Shown in pieces: positions 58,887 to 64,000 of a DNA stretch of 64,000 nucleotides (positions are counted from its first letter, which is position 1; each line of letters opens with the position of its first letter). The stretch comes from a virus, in the IMG/VR virus record IMGVR_UViG_3300013794_000014, positions 1 to 64,000 of that record; one strand, 5' to 3'. Both the position numbers and the translations under genes were made by a program. A model generated the notes under the pieces. It did not search any database and was not told the DNA's origin. It saw nothing but the letters and a program-made list of their open reading frames with translations.

Positions 58887-59267
58887 ATGACATATAAGAA
58901 ATTGGCTTCAGTAAAGGTGACGTCTACAACTCAATCAGGTATTCCAGCTCTAGTATATCAAGTTCCTGAAAACAAAGAAGTAATCATAAGTAAGGTGTAC
59001 ATACATAATTTGCAAGGTAATACAGATATACGCGCACATGTATTTTTCGTTGATCCAAGTAATTCTAACGAATATGACGCCAATAACAATACAATCAATG
59101 AAGAATCAACAAGAGCATTTGACATTTTGATTCCAAGTCTTGATACAGCAATATTCGGTAGTGGTGTTACGTTGGCAAATAAACAAAGTATTTACGTCAG
59201 ATCAATTGGAGGTGATGCTGTAGTCCACGTCTTTGGGAAGATTGTTGATAAACAACCACCGATTTAA
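58887..59267 (+). CDS. Tail-fibre-associated beta-sandwich protein
   Basis: VYQVP....VIISKVYIHN...GVTL....IYV....VVHVFG. Confidence 0.55.
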   Translation: MTYKKLASVKVTSTTQSGIPALVYQVPENKEVIISKVYIHNLQGNTDIRAHVFFVDPSNSNEYDANNNTINEESTRAFDILIPSLDTAIFGSGVTLANKQSIYVRSIGGDAVVHVFGKIVDKQPPI

Positions 59268-59279
59268 AGGTGTCTTTTT

Positions 59280-60149
59280 ATGAGTGTACTATCACTGCTT
59301 AGTTATCTGAAGATAAAAAATGCATATCCTGTACATGTTGGTGTTGATCCACCCGATAGCACAAGTTACATTTGGTTAGATGTTAAAGACGGTACTTTCA
59401 AGCACTACATCGACGGTAAATGGGTATCAATTGACGTTGGATCAGATGTTGTAATTTCAAAAGATCCACCAGTAGATACACAAAAACTTTGGTTAGATTT
59501 GAATACGAGACAACTAAAGTATTTTAACGGTAGTACTTGGACTGCAATCGAAGACAAATTCGGTTTAGTTGTCAGTAAAACCGTACCTAGTGATTTAACA
59601 AAATTATGGTTTAATCCGGATACAGGTAAACTGAAATACTATAATGGACAAGAATGGGTATCAGTAGACGTTGATACTATCAAAGGTGTAACAATTGACA
59701 ATAGTTTGAACTCAAACAGTCTATGGACATCTGACAAAATTGTAGATCAGTTGAGTAAAAAGGCTGATATACAACATATACATAGTATTTCTGACATAAT
59801 AGATTATGTACCTATTGTCCATATTAGTAATACTGAACCTACTAATACAAATGTATTATGGTTTGATACAACATCCAATCTATTGAAATATTTTGATTCA
59901 GATACAAATTCATGGGAACCTATATCAGGTGATACGAATGTCATTATTTCTGAAATGCCACCTAATGATACTTCAAGACTTTGGTTTGATACGGTAAATA
60001 AAACGTTAAACTACTATAACGGAAAAGATTGGGTTCCTATCGCTGGATCTAATACGAGCACTGATACTAATACTGGCACTGATATTGAATCAAACACAAT
60101 TGATACAGAACCACTAGAAACTTTCGCTTTCTTTACAGGACTATTGTAA
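59280..60149 (+). CDS. Tail fibre protein with five internal repeats
   Basis: Five V.S..PP.DT..LW[FL]D....LKY[YF]NG..W-type units; H.H motif. Confidence 0.75.
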   Translation: MSVLSLLSYLKIKNAYPVHVGVDPPDSTSYIWLDVKDGTFKHYIDGKWVSIDVGSDVVISKDPPVDTQKLWLDLNTRQLKYFNGSTWTAIEDKFGLVVSKTVPSDLTKLWFNPDTGKLKYYNGQEWVSVDVDTIKGVTIDNSLNSNSLWTSDKIVDQLSKKADIQHIHSISDIIDYVPIVHISNTEPTNTNVLWFDTTSNLLKYFDSDTNSWEPISGDTNVIISEMPPNDTSRLWFDTVNKTLNYYNGKDWVPIAGSNTSTDTNTGTDIESNTIDTEPLETFAFFTGLL

Positions 60150-60170
60150 AACTAAATTGAGGTGTTCTAA

Positions 60171-60536
60171 ATGAAAATTGTAACTAAAAACCTTATTGAT
60201 GTAAATGGTTCTATTGCTACAGATGAAAACGGAAATGTTGTTATTGTAGTACCCCCAATGGATGAAAACGGCTTTCATATTGTAAGGGTTGATGTATCTG
60301 GACTTAAAGACGTTACTACTGCTTCTGCAATCGTTTACATCGAAGATAGAAGTGATGATATAGCAAGGATACAAGAAATTACAAGTCGTGCTCTAGAAAT
60401 CAAAGCTAGACTGACTGATACTGAAAATCCACCTTCAGAAACAGAAAAAGGTATACTTTATGCTGAATTAGCTGAATTGAATAAGCAACTCAAAATGATT
60501 GACTCGAATATGAACATATATGAACTAATTGGATAA
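60171..60536 (+). CDS. Hypothetical protein
   Basis: SD GAGGTG. Confidence 0.65.
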   Translation: MKIVTKNLIDVNGSIATDENGNVVIVVPPMDENGFHIVRVDVSGLKDVTTASAIVYIEDRSDDIARIQEITSRALEIKARLTDTENPPSETEKGILYAELAELNKQLKMIDSNMNIYELIG

Positions 60537-60547
60537 AGGTGATCTAA

Positions 60548-60667
60548 ATGAGTCTATATGAACAGGTTAAAGAACTTAAAAAACAAGGTTTAACACCAAA
60601 AGAGATTGCTAAACAATTAGGTTATCCATTATGGTTGATTAAAGCCTTATACGACTTAATACCTTAA
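60548..60667 (+). CDS. 39-aa HTH protein (not in ORF track)
   Basis: SD AGGTGA; MSLYEQVKELKKQGLTPKEIAKQLGYPLWLIKALYDLIP. Confidence 0.7.
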   Translation: MSLYEQVKELKKQGLTPKEIAKQLGYPLWLIKALYDLIP

Positions 60668-60743
60668 CCAAGTTAAACTTTAGAACTTAATCTTTGCCTT
60701 TACCTTTAACTTTTACTTTTACCTCTTTTTATGGTGATCTGTT

Positions 60744-61595
60744 ATGAAGTTCTATCATAGTAGACGTTTTCCAAAAATTGTCATAGATGGACATTTGACT
60801 GATACATTGAAAATATCAGAAGACTTCAAATACACGATTCATGGTGATACTTTACGACTTTATAGCGTTAGGGTAAAATGGCATCATGATCCCAGTCCAT
60901 ATCGACACGTCTTAACCATCTACTCTGAATTTGATGATGTAAATGGTTATCAAGTTGACTTATGTGACTTTTACAGAAAAACTGACTTAAATACACGTAA
61001 TGATATTTACGTTTTTGATATCAAAGGAAATCAGTTAGAACATTACATTTACAATGGACTTTGGATTAAAACACCCTTACAGAAAGGAGAAAACCTAGTT
61101 TTCATCTACTATGGATCGGGAACTGAGAATACAGGTAACCCCAATAACGTTTTTGAATTATACGAACATAATATTGGTACAAACTCATATGTAAGTCAAA
61201 AGACATTTAGATGTAACATACAGTTAACAGTGAAAGCAAATGTACAGCAAGACGAATCCATGTTCATTGGACTAACTGATAGTAACAATAGTACTTCTAT
61301 CGGTTATCAGTATGATACTTCAGTTGGTTTCGTTGCATTTGTCAAATACATGAACACATATGTTAGAAGTGAATCTTTATCCTTGAATACTGAACAACAA
61401 TATGAATTTACAATACAGTTAACAGAATCTCAAGCCAAGTTTTATGTCAATGGAAATCACGTCTTTACTCATTACGTAAATGTCGAATCTGATCTTTATG
61501 TCAAATGTAACGCTGTAAATGTAGACTATTTGTATGTCAGTAAGTATAGGGAACCAGAACCAACAGTTGTTAACGCCTTAAGACAAACAAAATAA
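60744..61595 (+). CDS. DUF2341 plus lectin-like virion protein, canonical order
   Basis: YRHVLTI...GYQV...NDIYVFD..GNQLEHY...LWIK...IYYG...NVFE...VDYLYVSKY.EPEP. Confidence 0.8.
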   Translation: MKFYHSRRFPKIVIDGHLTDTLKISEDFKYTIHGDTLRLYSVRVKWHHDPSPYRHVLTIYSEFDDVNGYQVDLCDFYRKTDLNTRNDIYVFDIKGNQLEHYIYNGLWIKTPLQKGENLVFIYYGSGTENTGNPNNVFELYEHNIGTNSYVSQKTFRCNIQLTVKANVQQDESMFIGLTDSNNSTSIGYQYDTSVGFVAFVKYMNTYVRSESLSLNTEQQYEFTIQLTESQAKFYVNGNHVFTHYVNVESDLYVKCNAVNVDYLYVSKYREPEPTVVNALRQTK

Positions 61596-61608
61596 TGGTG
61601 ATCTTCAT

Positions 61609-62844
61609 ATGCCTATTATTGTCAATGGCAAAAAGACAAATGAAATACATTTCAAATATGGTGCATATGTAGACTACAATGAACCAGTTCCTACATTGAA
61701 GTATGGTAATAGGCCTGGTACAGTTGTTATACGTAAAGGTAAACCAAAAGACTACATTGAATTTGATAGTAATAATGGTGGTTATTGGAAGTACTATTTC
61801 AGTATACCTGTATTTGGTACAGATTATCTCAATGAACCAGTTCAATACAAAATTGAGTTTACAGAAAGTTCAGTTAATGTGTGGTCAAATGATTTGCAAA
61901 GCATACTAGCTACACGTTCTATAGTGAACTTCTGGGATGAAGCAACTAAAGCAAATATCAGAGTTTTCGATGAAAATTACCAACAGAAGTACTTCTGGAT
62001 TGAAAAGTTTGATCCAGTCAACAAACATGCTATAATTTGGGTTTCAATTGAACCAGGACAAAAAGAAGTAAACATTGCATATGGAAATGACAGTTGCTTT
62101 GAAAGTGGATATAATGTTCCAAGTAAATGTTTTAGGAGAGTAATTGATGGGCTAGTCGGATGTTGGCATTTTGATGAAGGACAAGATAATACTGTCTATG
62201 ATTCATCTGGCTATAATAGACATGGAACTATTAATAATGTTACTTGGACTGATGCTGGATACTATGGTAAAGCGTTATACTTCAACGATGGTGAGGTTGT
62301 AATTGAAAACTCAGAAAATATGGATGGATATGAACAATTAACAGTTATTTCTCGTATATATCCTACACAAAGTTCATCGCAAGCTATTGTATTTAACAAA
62401 GAAGTGTGTTATGAGTTGGCATTGATAAATTTGAATATATGTTGGGCAGTATGTAATAGTATATTTTGGGAGTGGATATCAACTGGATATACTGTAAAAC
62501 TTAATAAATGGTATTTTATTGCATGGGTTTATGAAAGTGCAAATTCAATAAAGACATATGTTGGTGATGAAAATAGTAATATGTCATTACATACTGGTTC
62601 TTATGGTAGTGGAAACATATCAACGTCGAATCGTAAACTTAAAATTGGAAATCGGTATATTGCTAATTGTCCATTTAAAGGTATCATAGACGAAGTTATG
62701 ATCTTCAATAAAGCATTAACTAATGAAGAAATTCAAGACTTATACAATAATCATGGAATAGGAGGACATGATGGTAAATGTTACGTAAGAAAAATTATTG
62801 AACAAGATCTCCAATTCGGAACCATTTCCATTAATGAATTCTAA
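61609..62844 (+). CDS. DUF2341 plus LamG (concanavalin-like) protein
   Basis: NIRVFD, FWIEKFD, IAYGN; GLVGCWHFDEG, YDSSG, NKWYFIA, FKGIIDEVMIFNKALT. Confidence 0.9.
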   Translation: MPIIVNGKKTNEIHFKYGAYVDYNEPVPTLKYGNRPGTVVIRKGKPKDYIEFDSNNGGYWKYYFSIPVFGTDYLNEPVQYKIEFTESSVNVWSNDLQSILATRSIVNFWDEATKANIRVFDENYQQKYFWIEKFDPVNKHAIIWVSIEPGQKEVNIAYGNDSCFESGYNVPSKCFRRVIDGLVGCWHFDEGQDNTVYDSSGYNRHGTINNVTWTDAGYYGKALYFNDGEVVIENSENMDGYEQLTVISRIYPTQSSSQAIVFNKEVCYELALINLNICWAVCNSIFWEWISTGYTVKLNKWYFIAWVYESANSIKTYVGDENSNMSLHTGSYGSGNISTSNRKLKIGNRYIANCPFKGIIDEVMIFNKALTNEEIQDLYNNHGIGGHDGKCYVRKIIEQDLQFGTISINEF

Positions 62845-62855
62845 AGGTGTCTACT

Positions 62856-64000
62856 ATGTCTATGAATAACTGGATCAAAATCATATTGCCTAATGGTGTT
62901 GAAAGGTATGTTAGAAAAATCGAATTTGGACATGGGTTTCAAGTCACTGAAGACAAATATGGTATTAACGTATCAAACATAAACTATGAAGGTGGTATTG
63001 ACTACGAATTTGCAAAAAACATTTTTGATATTACAAAATATGAATGGAAGTCTGTAGTACCTAACGACAAATGGAATAACGCTATAGTTTATGCTGTACA
63101 TAATAAGTCAAGTGAAGAAACCGTCACATTTGTTTTACATCTTAATACAATTTGGCCAATAACAAACGGATCAATGAAACCTGATCTTTCTGATGTACTT
63201 GTTATCAATGAAGACGGTGAAATTCTTTCTTGGTACTATAGTGGAGACAATGCTTTTGGTGAATTTGATATTGTAGTAACAGATAACATACCACAAAACG
63301 GAATCAAGAACTATTTCATTGTATTCGGGAATTCAAAATGTTTAGGTGTATTCAAGAAACCACAAAACGCCAGTATAGTCAAATTACCATTTAATTTAGA
63401 TAGTTACCGTAAATACAGTATTTATCCGTTATCAAATCAAGATATTAGGTTGAATTGGACTACTGATGGTAACAACGGTTACATAGACGTTTCATCACTT
63501 TCAGATGGTTCATTATTTGTCGTTGAACTTGACAACTTAAATGGAACTACAATGTCAGAGTTTGAATTTGATGTGACAAATGCCGTTGATGTTGAAAAGA
63601 TCCAATGGCTCAAACCAGAACCACAAATAACAGAAAACGTAAAAACTTACATAGTTAGGAATCAGTTTCTTTCAGATTGGCCGTACTATTGGTGTTTTGA
63701 CGTAACCAATGAAGATACACAAAATCCACTAGAAGGCCCTATCTGTATTGAATTTGACTCTACTGAATTGATATCAAAAGGTATAATGAAACCTAACGCA
63801 AATGACTTAAGGGTTGCTATTGTTGATCAATATGGAAATCCAATACGGTTCCTAGACTACTATGTAGAACACGTTACAATTGGAACAGATAAAACCAGAG
63901 TTTGGACTGAATTGTACATATCACCAAGTTCAACAATTAGATTGGCATTATTGTTTGATAACCCATATGTTTTCAGTGAATCTGATGGTAACAAAGTTAT
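62856..64000 (+). CDS. Protein with multiple DUF2341 domains, 3'-truncated by the window
   Basis: SD AGGTG plus ATG; MKPDLSDVLV...LSWY; WPYYWCFDVTN...MKPNANDLRV...LDYYVE...VWT...DNP...SDGNKV. Confidence 0.8.
   Translation, partial: MSMNNWIKIILPNGVERYVRKIEFGHGFQVTEDKYGINVSNINYEGGIDYEFAKNIFDITKYEWKSVVPNDKWNNAIVYAVHNKSSEETVTFVLHLNTIWPITNGSMKPDLSDVLVINEDGEILSWYYSGDNAFGEFDIVVTDNIPQNGIKNYFIVFGNSKCLGVFKKPQNASIVKLPFNLDSYRKYSIYPLSNQDIRLNWTTDGNNGYIDVSSLSDGSLFVVELDNLNGTTMSEFEFDVTNAVDVEKIQWLKPEPQITENVKTYIVRNQFLSDWPYYWCFDVTNEDTQNPLEGPICIEFDSTELISKGIMKPNANDLRVAIVDQYGNPIRFLDYYVEHVTIGTDKTRVWTELYISPSSTIRLALLFDNPYVFSESDGNKV

Larger units (their letters stand above)
1..64000. mobile_element. Segment of a large, probably tailed, archaeal virus genome (likely Methanococcales host)
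   Basis: Dense co-oriented genes with GGTGA SD sites; tail hub, fibre, DUF2341 and LamG genes; nucleotide-metabolism and DNA-modification genes; many orphans and paralog arrays; isolated host-like genes very similar to Methanocaldococcus proteins; no housekeeping operons. No capsid or terminase seen. Confidence 0.85.

Noticed and set aside
611-61909. Many 60-170-aa antisense or nested ORFs in the track (for example 7155, 32110, 36133, 49955, 52210)
   Set aside because: They are shadows of well-supported genes, with no SD or recognisable motifs.

Overview
This 64-kb window is an AT-rich, gene-dense segment, mostly on the + strand, of what is most likely a large tailed virus of a (hyper)thermophilic Methanococcales archaeon. 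The viral call is an inference: no capsid, portal or terminase gene is recognisable here. It rests on GGTGA/GAGGTG ribosome-binding sites before most genes, tail-hub, fibre, DUF2341 and LamG genes, and a phage-style nucleotide/replication set (ligase, ThyA, dUTPase, two kinases, RecJ, SF2 helicase). The host call rests on Methanocaldococcus-like captured genes (TyrRS, AroD, V4R, MptA, histone). Main points: (1) a bacterial-type HslU ATPase with no HslV in the window, ending in an HbYX motif (-M-Y-I), a candidate viral regulator of the host 20S proteasome; (2) a complete 7-deazaguanine/archaeosine DNA-modification pathway (MptA/FolE2, QueD, QueE, Gat-QueC, DpdA/TGT-like) whose operon also holds a GT-B-like protein, a DUF366 protein and a possible sliding clamp; (3) about nine DUF2341-type paralogs that appear circularly permuted; (4) a TyrRS missing the F261 anticodon-stacking loop; (5) a divergent archaeal histone; (6) an interleaved array of two unknown paralog families; (7) tRNA-Arg(GCG), a repeated ATTGA-N6-TCAAT upstream motif, apparent ACGCC/GGCGT enrichment and many short tandem duplications at gene junctions. 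All protein-family calls come from motif recognition by eye; no searches were run.
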